Positions 52,555-62,435 of a stretch of DNA of 64,000 nt are shown piece by piece. Source of the DNA: an uncultured Candidatus Rokubacteria bacterium (GTDB lineage: Bacteria > Methylomirabilota > Methylomirabilia > Rokubacteriales > CSP1-6). The translations under genes were made by a program, and so were the position numbers. The DNA lies in NCBI GenBank assembly GCA_963754315.1, contig CAVWFS010000015.1:64001-128000 (forward strand), in the 5' to 3' direction. Position 1 is the first letter of the stretch; every line of letters starts with the position of its first letter. Below the pieces are notes generated by a model. It was not told the origin of the DNA. It made no database searches and was given only the letters and a program-made list of their open reading frames with translations.

Positions 52555-53751
52555 TCACGCACGGCGCTGGCGATGGATGGCATTGCGGCCGAGCCAGAGG
52601 GCAGTGGCGGCCGCCGCCGACAGGGCAGCAAATACCCCCCAGGCCACGGCGTAGGAATCGGTTCCTTCAAGTATGAGTCCGAACAGCGGGGCACCGAGTG
52701 GAATCCCGGTGAAGATCACGCCCATCGCCACCCCCGTCAGGAGACCGGCCTGCTCGCGACCACCGAGCTCGGCGCTCACCACCAGGTAGAGACCCACCCA
52801 GCCGAGGGTCCCGACACCGGCCCAGAAGGTGACCAGAGCCGCCACCACCCACGATATGGCCGGGGGCCAGGCGAACAGCATCAGCGAGAGAGCACCGATC
52901 ACACACGTCAGCACGAGCCAGGGAACGCGCTGGCCACCGAGCCAGCGGTCGCTGGCCATGCCGAGGGCGAGGCGAGCCACCGTCCCTCCTCCCTGGGCGA
53001 CGGCAAGGAGGATGCCCGCACTCACCGTGCTCAGCCCGAAACCCTGGGTGGCGAAGAGCGGCAAGTAGCCGAGCACTGCCGATTGCACCATGCCGAGCAC
53101 GAGGCCCGTGGCGAAGAAGATCACGAGGGCCGGCCGCCCGAGCCACCACCAGATCGCCGTCTCTCTCGCTGAGCTCTCCTGACGCTCCGGGACGGTCAGG
53201 GCGGCAAGTGGGCGCCATGCGAGGATGACCGGGACGAACGCCACCACGGCGCCAAGCACGAGCGCGGCGCGCCACCCCCAGCGCACCGCGACCGCCGGCA
53301 GTACCATCGCCGAGGCAATCCCGCCGATGGTCAGCCCCATTTGCTTGATGCCCATGGCGACCCCGCGCTCGCCCAGCGGAAACAGCTCGATGATGGCGCG
53401 GCCGAGGGCAGGATTCACGATGCTCCACCCCATCCCCACCAGCGCGAGGCAGCCGAGCAAGACCCCGAAGCTCGACGCGGTTGCGCCCGCCCCGAGGACG
53501 GCGCCACAGAGGGCCAGGCCACCGATCAAGCAGATGCGGGCACCGAAGCGATCCGCGAAGCGCCCGGCCGGCAGCGAAACCAGGAACCCTCCAAGATAGA
53601 CGGCGGGCAATAGCAGACCTACCTCGAAGCGTGTCAGCCCGAATGCAGTCAGGAGGATCGGGGAGAGCGGCGACACGCCGAGGACGCCGAAGGCACCGGC
53701 AGCGTAGGCGACAGTCAGGTAGGCGAGCAACCGCCAGCGACGTGGGCTCAC
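52555..53751 (-). CDS. MFS transporter
   Basis: About 12 TM segments, motif A GRFADRFGAR, ERGVAMGIKQ. Confidence 0.9.
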   Translation of the reverse strand: MSPRRWRLLAYLTVAYAAGAFGVLGVSPLSPILLTAFGLTRFEVGLLLPAVYLGGFLVSLPAGRFADRFGARICLIGGLALCGAVLGAGATASSFGVLLGCLALVGMGWSIVNPALGRAIIELFPLGERGVAMGIKQMGLTIGGIASAMVLPAVAVRWGWRAALVLGAVVAFVPVILAWRPLAALTVPERQESSARETAIWWWLGRPALVIFFATGLVLGMVQSAVLGYLPLFATQGFGLSTVSAGILLAVAQGGGTVARLALGMASDRWLGGQRVPWLVLTCVIGALSLMLFAWPPAISWVVAALVTFWAGVGTLGWVGLYLVVSAELGGREQAGLLTGVAMGVIFTGIPLGAPLFGLILEGTDSYAVAWGVFAALSAAAATALWLGRNAIHRQRRA

Positions 53752-53771
53752 GGGCAGGGCTTGGTGGCGCT

Positions 53772-54977
53772 CTACACGACCCCGCGGGCGCGGAGGCCGG
53801 CGAGGTCGTCGCTCGTCAGGCCAAGCCGCCCACAATAGATCTCCTCGTTATCGCCGCCCACGGCCACCGGACCCGGGTGGTCGATGGCCCCGGGGGTCAG
53901 GCTGAGCTTCGGCACGATCCCCGCCATGTGAAGGACACCGCCGAGCGGATTGGGCACCTCCACGATGTTCTCGCGGGCCGCCACCTGGGGGTCCGCGAAA
54001 AGGTCGGCCACGCTGTTCACGAGCGAGCACGGGACCTGAGCGGCATCGAGGCGAGCCAGTGCCTCGGAGGCGTCGAAGGCCCCTACCCACTCACCCACGA
54101 TTCGATCGAGCTCGTCTCGGCGCCGGATGCGCTCAGGCATGGACGCGAATTCTGCCAGCAGCTCGGGGCGCTCCATGGCGTGCGTCACGAGTCGTTCGAA
54201 CATCCGGTCGTTCGTGCACGCGATCGCAATCCAGCTCCCGTCGCGAGCGCGGTAGTGATTGTGTGGAACGACGTATTCTGTTCCCGAACCGATGCGCTCT
54301 CGTTGGTGTCCCACCGCCCCGTAGACGGGGATCAGCTCATCGAGCATGCGCAGCATCGGCTCGTAGAGGGCCACGTCGACCACCTGCCCCTGCCCCGTAC
54401 GCTGTCGGTGCTGGAGCGCAACGAGCGCTCCCAGCGCTCCCATCGTCCCGGCGAGGTAGTCGGGGATGGTAGGGGTCCCAGGGGTTACGGGCGGCCGATC
54501 AGGGTACCCCGAGAGATAGCTCACTCCACTCACGGCGGCGGCGATACGGCCGAAGCCGGGACGCGCGCGGGCTGGCCCCGTCTGGCCAAAGGCAGAGATG
54601 CGCACCATGACGAGCCCAGGGTTGACCGCGCACAGATCCTCCCAGCCAAGGCACCAACCCTCCATCGTGCCCGGGCGAAAGTTCTCGGCGAGAATGTCCG
54701 TCTGGGTGGCCAGGCGCTTCATGAGGGCCTGGCCTTCGGGCGCGCGGAGGTTACAGGTGATGGACTTCTTGTTGCGCGACTCGACCAACCACATGTAGGC
54801 GGGCCCCGGGCCGGCTCCGCGCCCGAGGCGCCGCAGGTCATCGCCGATGCCGGGCTGTTCGACCTTGATGACCTCAGCCCCGAATTCGCCAAGCAACGTA
54901 CAGCAGAATGGCGCCGCGATGAACGTGGCCAGGTCGAGGACACGTACACCCGTCAGGGCACGCGCGTTGGCGCTCAT
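53772..54977 (-). CDS. CaiB/BaiF family III CoA-transferase
   Basis: LTGVRVLDL, GAEVIKVE, RNKKSIT, ENFRPG, SAFGQTGP. Confidence 0.92.
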   Translation of the reverse strand: MSANARALTGVRVLDLATFIAAPFCCTLLGEFGAEVIKVEQPGIGDDLRRLGRGAGPGPAYMWLVESRNKKSITCNLRAPEGQALMKRLATQTDILAENFRPGTMEGWCLGWEDLCAVNPGLVMVRISAFGQTGPARARPGFGRIAAAVSGVSYLSGYPDRPPVTPGTPTIPDYLAGTMGALGALVALQHRQRTGQGQVVDVALYEPMLRMLDELIPVYGAVGHQRERIGSGTEYVVPHNHYRARDGSWIAIACTNDRMFERLVTHAMERPELLAEFASMPERIRRRDELDRIVGEWVGAFDASEALARLDAAQVPCSLVNSVADLFADPQVAARENIVEVPNPLGGVLHMAGIVPKLSLTPGAIDHPGPVAVGGDNEEIYCGRLGLTSDDLAGLRARGVV

Positions 54978-54995
54978 AGCAGGCCGCGCCTGGCG

Positions 54996-57519
54996 CTACT
55001 CCTGCCTGAGCACGGGCAACGGCTTCTCGCCGAGCAGCCGGAAGGTCGCCAGGAATCCCACCAGGAGCGCAACGGCCGCAGTGAGGGTGACGCCGACGAC
55101 AAGCGCCTCCGGCTCGAACGTCCACGGGACCTCGAGAAGGTAGCGCAAGACCACCCACGAGAGCGCCATGGCCAGGGCGCTTCCGCCCAGGCCCGCCGCC
55201 ACCCCCACACAGGCGTACTCGACCGCGAAGATGCGCGCCACCACGCCCCGGGTGGCCCCGAGCGTTCGCCAGATCACCGACTCGCGCAAGCGCGTGTAAC
55301 GACTCGCCGTGAGGGCCGAAATCATGACCACCAGACCGGCGCCGATGCTGAAGAGCGCCATCATCCGAATGGCCACGGCCATCTGATCGAGCACGGTCGC
55401 CACTCGCTCGAGCACGTCGCGCACGGGTATGGCCGTCACGTTGGGAAACGCGGTCACGACGGCGCCCTGGACGCGAGTCTCGTTGGCCGCAGGGACTCGG
55501 CTCGTCGCGACGAACGTGCCCGGCGCACCATCGAGGGCGCCCGGCGAGAGAATCATGAAAAAGTTGGTGGACAGCGTCTGCCAGTCGACCTTCCGAGTGC
55601 TCGTCACCTCCGCCTCGACCGGCACGCCTTGCACCTCGAAGGTGAGGCGGTCGCCCACACCGATTCCGAGCTGCCTGGCCACGGCCTCCTCGACCGAGAC
55701 GAGGGGCCGCGTCCAGTCGGTCGGGGCGCCACCAGTGCCCGCGGACGAGCACGTTGGCAGGAGGAAGATCGGCGGCGTAGGTCAGGACATACTCGCGGCG
55801 GAGATACCAGGAGCCCTCGCTGTTCGGGCCGCCGCGCCGAGCATCGATCATGGCGCGGGTTACGGGCTGACCGTTGATGGCCGCCAGGCGCGAGCGCACC
55901 ACGGGCGTGAGCACGGGGAGGGCGCCTCCTGCGGCCTCGGCTGCCACCCGCACGAACTCCTCGCGTTGATCGGGCTGTATATCGATGAAGAAGAACGACG
56001 GAGCCTCCCGCCGCTGCTCGTGATCGATCTGGCGGCCAAGGCTTGCCTCGAGCAACGCTACCGACACCAGCAGCATCACTCCGACTCCGAGCGCGATGAC
56101 GATGCCCTCCGTCTGTGACCCGGGACGCGCGAGGTTGGCCACACCCTGCCGCCAGGCCAGCCCGCTCAAGCGCGGCCGCTGGCGCGCCGCCAGCGCCACC
56201 AAACGGGCCAGGCTCACCAGGAGCAGGAGTGCCGCTACCGAAGCGCCCACGAAGATCCCACCGAGCTTCCATGATCCGGCCTGCCAGAAGGCCAGCGCGA
56301 CCAGGCCAAGCGCGATGGGCACGGCCGCGGCCGATGGTCTCCGCTTGGAGGCAGGATCGACCTCGTGACGCAGGAGAAGGGAGGGTCGTACCGTCCGGAT
56401 GGCGAGCAAGGGCCAGAGGGCGCAAAGAAGTGCTGTCAAGACTCCCATCGCGAACGCTCGCCCGATGGTCAGCAGGTCCGGCCGCGACGATACCTCGATG
56501 GGCAGGATGCCGGTCAGGACACCCACGACGATCGATTGCAAGGCCACGCCGAGAACGACTCCCGCCACGCTGGCGGCGACCGCCACGATCTGAGTCTGCA
56601 GGAGGTAGCCCGTCAGGAGCACTCGCGAGCTGGCCCCGAGAACTTTCAATATGGCGATCGTCGGACGCTGACGCCTCATGAACGTTGCCACGGCCGAGGC
56701 CACGCCGATGCCGCCGACCAGGAGGCTGACGAGCCCGATCAGACCAAGGTACGTCGCCATCTGGGAGAAGAAACGCCGCAGCCCAGGCTGCGCCTCGTTG
56801 AAGGACGTCACCCTGATGGTCGGGTCCGAGATTTCGCGCGCGATGGCCTCCCGGCTCTCGCGCGCCGCCATTCTATCGGGCAAGCGAAGCAGGGTTCGGT
56901 AGCGTACACGGCTCCCGAACTGGAGGAGCCCTGTGCCTTCGAGTGTCTGGCCGCTGATCAGCACGCGCGGTCCCAGCCCGAAGCCCACCGGGCTGTCCGG
57001 CTCCTTACGCACAACGCCTCGGATGGTCACCGTCCCGTTGCCGACCAGGATACGGTCACCGACTCTCATGTCGAGCCGCGCCAGCAACGTCTCGTGCACG
57101 AGAGCACCACCGTCGGCGAGCAGCTCTGCCAGTGGACGTTCGGGCTCGGTCTGCATGCGGCCGTACAGGGGATAGTCTGGCTCCACCGCTTTCAGCTCGA
57201 CCAGCAGGGAACCCCCAGCACGAGGATCGCGGACCATCCCGACGAGCTCCCGCACACGGGTCACGGCAGCTCCGGCCGAGGCAACCCGCTCCACGGCCTG
57301 TGTTGCCTCGTCCCCAAGGGGACGCATGGCCCGAAGCTCGAGGTCCCCACCCATGAGCGTCCTGGCCTCACGGGTCAGAGCGCGGTCAACGTTGGCGGCA
57401 AGCGTGCCGACCGAGGCCAGCGCCGCCACCCCGACGGCGACGCAGGCGAAAAAGCCAACGAAGTGGCGCCACCCGCCCCGCATCTCGCGCAGGGCTATTA
57501 AGATGGGGGGCCCCGACAT
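54996..57519 (-). CDS. YbbP-like ABC (FtsX-type) permease, frameshifted near 55715
   Basis: ALREMRGG, GGDLEL, LVELKAV, LLVGGIGV, PSFFFIDIQPDQ; C-terminal RKVDW..NFF and RTLGA in another frame; likely ATG 57519 lies inside a repeat. Confidence 0.85.
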
Positions 57520-57693
57520 GGCCCCCCATACCCCCCAACGCTCGGGGCGCCCCGGGACACCCGGGTCACCCCTCGACATGACGCCAGCTTCTGGGGCCCC
57601 GATATGGCCCCCATACCCCCCAGCGCTCGGGGCGCCCCGGGATACCCGGGTCACCCCTCGACATGACGCCAGCCTCTTAACGTGGGGGGCCCC
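57498..57693. repeat. Tandem palindromic units of about 86 bp (two full plus one partial), same family as the 51263 array
   Basis: ggggccccga(c/t)atggccccc-ataccccc-cgctcggggcgccccggga.acccgggtcacccctcgacatgacgccagc occurs twice; TTAA at 57498 and 57677. Confidence 0.9.
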
Positions 57694-57696
57694 ATC

Positions 57697-58392
57697 TCAG
57701 AGCCCAGCCTGATCGGCGGGCGGATGGCCGTTGCCGTTGACGAGGCGACCGTCCAGGAGGCTCACGATCCGATCAGCGTGGGCGGCCAGAGCCGGATCAT
57801 GGGTGACGAGCAGGAGCGTGCTTCCCCGTTCCCGTCTGAGCCGCAGCATCAGATCGATGATGGCGGCCCCGGTGGCGGAATCGAGGTTTCCGGTGGGCTC
57901 GTCGGCGAGGAGCAACTTCGGTCGAAGCGCCACCGCGCGCGCGAGCGCCACGCGCTGTTGCTCTCCCCCGGAGAGCTGCGCCGGATAGTGATGGGCGCGC
58001 CGGGTCAGGCCGACCTCGCTCAGGAGCCCTGCCGCACGGGTCAGGGCGTCGGCGTGGCCGGCGAGCTCGAGCGGAACCGCCACGTTTTCGCGCGCGCTGA
58101 GGGTCGGTATCAAGTTGAACGACTGGAAAACGTAGCCGATTCGTTGGCACCGGAAGCCCGCGAGCATATTCTCCGAGAGTCCGGTGATCTCGATGCCATC
58201 GACCTCGATACTCCCCGTGGTCGGCTGATCCAGCCCCGCGATCAGTCCGAGCAAGGTCGACTTGCCACTCCCGGAGGGGCCGGTGATGGCCACGAACTCG
58301 CCGGCCGCCACCTCGAGGTGAATTGCGTCGAGGATCGGGACGGGACGACCACCGCTGGCGAGACGCATAGAAAGGTCCCGTACCCGGATCAT
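57697..58392 (-). CDS. YbbA-like ABC ATPase
   Basis: [40 protein letters not shown]. Confidence 0.92.
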   Translation of the reverse strand: MIRVRDLSMRLASGGRPVPILDAIHLEVAAGEFVAITGPSGSGKSTLLGLIAGLDQPTTGSIEVDGIEITGLSENMLAGFRCQRIGYVFQSFNLIPTLSARENVAVPLELAGHADALTRAAGLLSEVGLTRRAHHYPAQLSGGEQQRVALARAVALRPKLLLADEPTGNLDSATGAAIIDLMLRLRRERGSTLLLVTHDPALAAHADRIVSLLDGRLVNGNGHPPADQAGL

Positions 58393-58418
58393 CTTGAATC
58401 CCATACTACACTCGGGTC

Positions 58419-59039
58419 ATGAGACACGCCGCCCTCGCGGTAGTGCTCGTCGCCCTGGCGCTGACCGGCGTGGTCGAAGACATCTCGGCGGAAGAGACGC
58501 TCGCCGTGCTGGGTGACAGTCTCACCGCCGGCTTCGGCATCGGCCTTGAGGAGGCATTCCCGGCCCTCCTCCAGGAGCGGCTCCGGCGAGAGGGTTACGA
58601 CTATCGAGTCGTCAACGCGGGCGTGAGCGGCGACACCACGGCCGGAGGCCTCAGGCGGGTGGACTGGGTGCTCCGCACACGACCGTCCATCGTCATCGTG
58701 GCCCTCGGCGGCAACGACGGCCTGCGCGGCCTCAGCGTGGATGCGATGCGCGAGAACCTGGAGGAAATCATCGCGCGTATCCGGGCCAGCGGCGCCCGGG
58801 TTCTGCTGGCCGGCATGCGGGTGCCTCCCAACTATGGTGGGGAATACGCGCGCGCGTTTGCTGCGGCCTTCCCGGCGGTGGCGCGCAAGGCTGGTGTCTC
58901 CCTGATGCCATTCCTGCTCGACGGAGTGGCCGGCGACCCGGGTCTGAACCAGCCCGATGGCATCCATCCCAATGCGCGCGGTCAGCAGGTCGTCGCTGCG
59001 CGGCTCTGGCCCTATCTGACCCCGCTGCTACCGAAGTAA
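58419..59039 (+). CDS. tesA: SGNH/GDSL arylesterase (TesA-like)
   Basis: GDSLTAG, NAGVSGDTT, GGNDGLRG, DGIHPN; divergent from the ybbA/ybbP-like genes. Confidence 0.88.
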   Translation: MRHAALAVVLVALALTGVVEDISAEETLAVLGDSLTAGFGIGLEEAFPALLQERLRREGYDYRVVNAGVSGDTTAGGLRRVDWVLRTRPSIVIVALGGNDGLRGLSVDAMRENLEEIIARIRASGARVLLAGMRVPPNYGGEYARAFAAAFPAVARKAGVSLMPFLLDGVAGDPGLNQPDGIHPNARGQQVVAARLWPYLTPLLPK

Positions 59040-59133
59040 CGCCGCCGGTAGTGGATGGGTCAGGGGCCGCCCCCATCCGGCGGTCCCCGGTATTTCCGAC
59101 GGCTCCGCTCGGTCCGGTCTCTACCATGGGAGA

Positions 59134-59790
59134 GTGGCCGTTTGGCTTCCCCTGCTCGCGCTCGTTATCACAAGCGCTGCGTGCAGCACGTTCCCGGAGG
59201 GCGCGTACCATCCCTTGGCACGCGATCCGCATGCCACCGCTGTGGCACGATCGCTCCACCGCGCAGCGCTGGCCGCTGACGACGACCCCAAACGCTACAC
59301 GTTCGCCATGATCCAGACGCGGGACATCGCCGCCTATACCACGGACGATGCGTCGTTCTACTTCACCGACGGGCTCGCCCGCCTACCCGCACCGAGCCTA
59401 GACGCGCTCGTCGCGCAGCAGGTCGCGCACGAGATTCTCGGCCACCTCGGGCGGCGCCGCGCCCTCTCCCTCTCGATGGCGGCGGGATTCACGGTCTTCG
59501 GCTTCATCGTACCCGGGATGGGACTGGTCGACTACCTCGTGAGCCCGCTCGTGGTGCGCGCGTACACGCGGGATCAGGTCCTCGCGGCCGATGGCAAGGC
59601 GGTGGAGATTCTCTCTTCAATGGGCTATCGGGCGCCCCGACGCGTGATGGCTGATGCGATCCGGACGGCCACCGCCCACCGTCCCGCTCAGGGAGGGGTG
59701 TTGGATACGGAGCCCAGTTCCGATGATCGCCTGACGGCCCTGGAGCCGCTGGAGTCCGTCTCGCGGAAAGCGGGGCCCCGCGCGCGCTGA
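59134..59790 (+). CDS. Lipoprotein, degenerate M48 peptidase-like
   Basis: Lipobox SAAC; YFTDGL..LDALVAQQVAHEILGH, YTRDQVLAAD, TEPSSDDRL. Confidence 0.65.
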   Translation: MAVWLPLLALVITSAACSTFPEGAYHPLARDPHATAVARSLHRAALAADDDPKRYTFAMIQTRDIAAYTTDDASFYFTDGLARLPAPSLDALVAQQVAHEILGHLGRRRALSLSMAAGFTVFGFIVPGMGLVDYLVSPLVVRAYTRDQVLAADGKAVEILSSMGYRAPRRVMADAIRTATAHRPAQGGVLDTEPSSDDRLTALEPLESVSRKAGPRAR

Positions 59791-59806
59791 AACGAGACCG
59801 AATCTC

Positions 59807-62431
59807 TCAGCGAGAACTATAGATCCGACGATACTCGTCCCAGGATAGCATGACACGCTTGACATAGTGGCGCGTCTCGTCGAACGGGATCTCCTCGACC
59901 CAGACTTCGATGTCGTCGTTGCGGCGCGCTTGCCACCACTGGCGTGCCCGCCGGGGACCGGCATTGTACGCGGCCAGTGCGAGCCGGGGATCGGTGAATT
60001 CCCGCAGGAGCTGCCCGAGGAAGCTCGTCCCGAGCTCGATGTTGGCCGCCGGCTCGTCGAGCAGGTCGCCCCCTCGGAAAGACCAGCCTCGCCCCGCCAC
60101 CATGGGCTGGGCGGTGCTCGGCATGAGCTGCATGAGCCCGCGTGCCCCCGCTCGCGATACCGCGGCCGGATGGTAGCTCGACTCCTCACGAACCACCGCG
60201 GCCACGAGGCACGGATCGAGTCCCACGCGCTCGGCGGACTCTGTCACCTCCACACGCCAAGGCCACGGATAGAGGAGCTCCCAGAACGCGCGTGGAATTG
60301 CCGGGTGCCCGCTCGTGGCGAGCCCGGCGAAGTTTCTCCGCATGACTCGCAGTGCCAGGTGATGGCGCTCACCATCGACGTAGGCTCGGCTGAGCCCGTA
60401 GAGTCGAACGGTGTCGCCCGCCGAGCGCTGTACGACATCCGCGAGCTCGACGAGAGCCAGCTCGCCAAGGCCGACCCGGCGGAGCAGCTCGACGCGCTCG
60501 AAGCCCGGGTCGCCGGCGACGGCGTCTCGCGGGTTGGCAGGCAGACGCAAAGACGGTTCAGGGGGATCGTGAACGGCCGCTCGTGAGCCTGCCAGGCGGC
60601 GCTCGGCCAAGAGCCCGTAATAGCTGCGGGGCGCCTCGCTGATGACGCGCTGATACGCTCGCTGGGCCGGCTCGCGCGCGCCCAGCTGGTCCTTGGCACG
60701 TCCAGTCCAGTACAGCGCGGCTAACCGGTGAGCACGACTACCCGGCATCTCGGTGAGATGCGTCCAGCTCAGCGCCGCCGCACTCACGTCGCCACGGACG
60801 TAGGACAGCCAGCCCAGGCGCCAGAGAGCATTCGCGCTCGCCTCGCGGGCAGGAAAGCGCCGGACCAACGCGCGATAGGAGTCCTCGGCGAGCGACTCGC
60901 GGCGCCGATCCTCGAAGAGGCGCGCTTGCAGATACATGGCCTCCGCCGCCTCGGCGTCTGGCCCCGTCCCGATCACCACGGTCAGGACCTTGTGCGCGCC
61001 ATCCTTGTTACCGCTCCGGCTGAGAAGCCGGGCCTGTTCGAGCTGGAGTGCACTTTTCTGTTCGACGGGAGCCCGCGCCACGGCCGACTCGATGGCACGC
61101 ACAGCCGCATCGTAACGACCGAGCCGCTGCGAAGCGTCCGCGGCGAGCTTGAGCGCGCGCACGACGATGCTGACATCCTGAGCATCGGCGGCGAGGCGGT
61201 CAGCCTCGTCTGCCGCGGCCTGGGGCACACCTCCGCGAAGCAGACGGTCCGCGCGATCAAGGCGTTGCTGGGGCGACAGCGGCGCGATGCGGACACCCCC
61301 GCGGGCGAGCGCGGACAGACGGTCTCCGGCGGCCGAGGCGTACGCCCCGGCCGGGGCGATCAGAGTAAGCTCGCGATAGGCCGCCGCCGCTGACTCGAGC
61401 TGCCCTCGTCCTTCGGCCGTCATGCCCAGCAGGTACAAGGCCTCCGGCACCTCCTCGGCATCGGGATAGTCGGCGATCAGCTTCACGATCGCCTCCTGGG
61501 CTCCCGCCTCGTCGCCGGCGCGCGAGCTTGCCCATGCCGCCACCAGCAGTGCGCGGGGTGCCAGCCGGCTATCGCGATGGTGCGTCGCCACGCTCAGCGC
61601 CAATTCACGTGACGCGGTCCAGTTCTCGCGTCGTGCGAAGGCATCGGCGAGCAGCCACCGCACGTAGTCTGCGATGGGGCTGGCCAGCGCAGCTGGCGCA
61701 TTGACTTGGTCGAGAAGCGGGCTCATATCACCCGCCTGGTAGGCGGCGATCGCCTGGGCCCACGTCCGTTCCTGCGCCGCCATCACCGGCGGGTCGGCCG
61801 CGCTCGCGGTCGGGCTGAGGAGGACCGTCGCGATCAGCACGCAGCGGGGGATGGCCGCCGGGCGGGTCGCGCGCCAGGTGAAGGCGATGCGCTGAAGCGC
61901 GGTGAGATTGGCGAGGACAGCCAGAACCCACAGGGCCGGTTCCAGCACGTCCAGCAGGGCACCCAGGATCAGGCAGATCATCCGCTCGGGGCGCTCCATG
62001 AATCCGATCGTACACTCGACCCCAATCGACGATGCCCGGGCCTTCGTGTAGCTGACCATCACCGATCCCACCAGACCGGCCATGGCCACCAGGGCCCCGC
62101 GCGTGTGTGGTGTGCGGGCGAACAGGACGACGATGGCGAGAAGCACCACGATGTCCGAGTAGCGATCGATCACCGAGTCCAAAAAGGCCCCGAATGGCGT
62201 CACCATCCCGGAGGCACGGGCCAGGGAGCCGTCGAAGAAGTCGCAGAGACCCGCGATCACGAGGAGTACTCCCCCCGTCCGGATGTGGCCGGTCACGATG
62301 GCGGCAGCCGCCACCAAGCTGACGCCAAGCCCGATGAGCGTGAGGTGATTCGGTCGGAGGTGCAGGCGGACGAGGCTCCGCCCGACAGGGTCCGACCAGA
62401 CGCGAGCCGTCTCGCGGTAACGACTGATCAT
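59807..62431 (-). CDS. CDP-alcohol phosphatidyltransferase fused to TPR repeats and an SLT lytic transglycosylase domain
   Basis: PNHLT, DFFDGSLAR..GAFLDSVIDRYSD, SYTKAR; TPR helices; REESSY, GLMQLMP, AAYNAG, ETRHYV. Confidence 0.85.
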   Translation of the reverse strand: MISRYRETARVWSDPVGRSLVRLHLRPNHLTLIGLGVSLVAAAAIVTGHIRTGGVLLVIAGLCDFFDGSLARASGMVTPFGAFLDSVIDRYSDIVVLLAIVVLFARTPHTRGALVAMAGLVGSVMVSYTKARASSIGVECTIGFMERPERMICLILGALLDVLEPALWVLAVLANLTALQRIAFTWRATRPAAIPRCVLIATVLLSPTASAADPPVMAAQERTWAQAIAAYQAGDMSPLLDQVNAPAALASPIADYVRWLLADAFARRENWTASRELALSVATHHRDSRLAPRALLVAAWASSRAGDEAGAQEAIVKLIADYPDAEEVPEALYLLGMTAEGRGQLESAAAAYRELTLIAPAGAYASAAGDRLSALARGGVRIAPLSPQQRLDRADRLLRGGVPQAAADEADRLAADAQDVSIVVRALKLAADASQRLGRYDAAVRAIESAVARAPVEQKSALQLEQARLLSRSGNKDGAHKVLTVVIGTGPDAEAAEAMYLQARLFEDRRRESLAEDSYRALVRRFPAREASANALWRLGWLSYVRGDVSAAALSWTHLTEMPGSRAHRLAALYWTGRAKDQLGAREPAQRAYQRVISEAPRSYYGLLAERRLAGSRAAVHDPPEPSLRLPANPRDAVAGDPGFERVELLRRVGLGELALVELADVVQRSAGDTVRLYGLSRAYVDGERHHLALRVMRRNFAGLATSGHPAIPRAFWELLYPWPWRVEVTESAERVGLDPCLVAAVVREESSYHPAAVSRAGARGLMQLMPSTAQPMVAGRGWSFRGGDLLDEPAANIELGTSFLGQLLREFTDPRLALAAYNAGPRRARQWWQARRNDDIEVWVEEIPFDETRHYVKRVMLSWDEYRRIYSSR

Positions 62432-62435
62432 GTGC

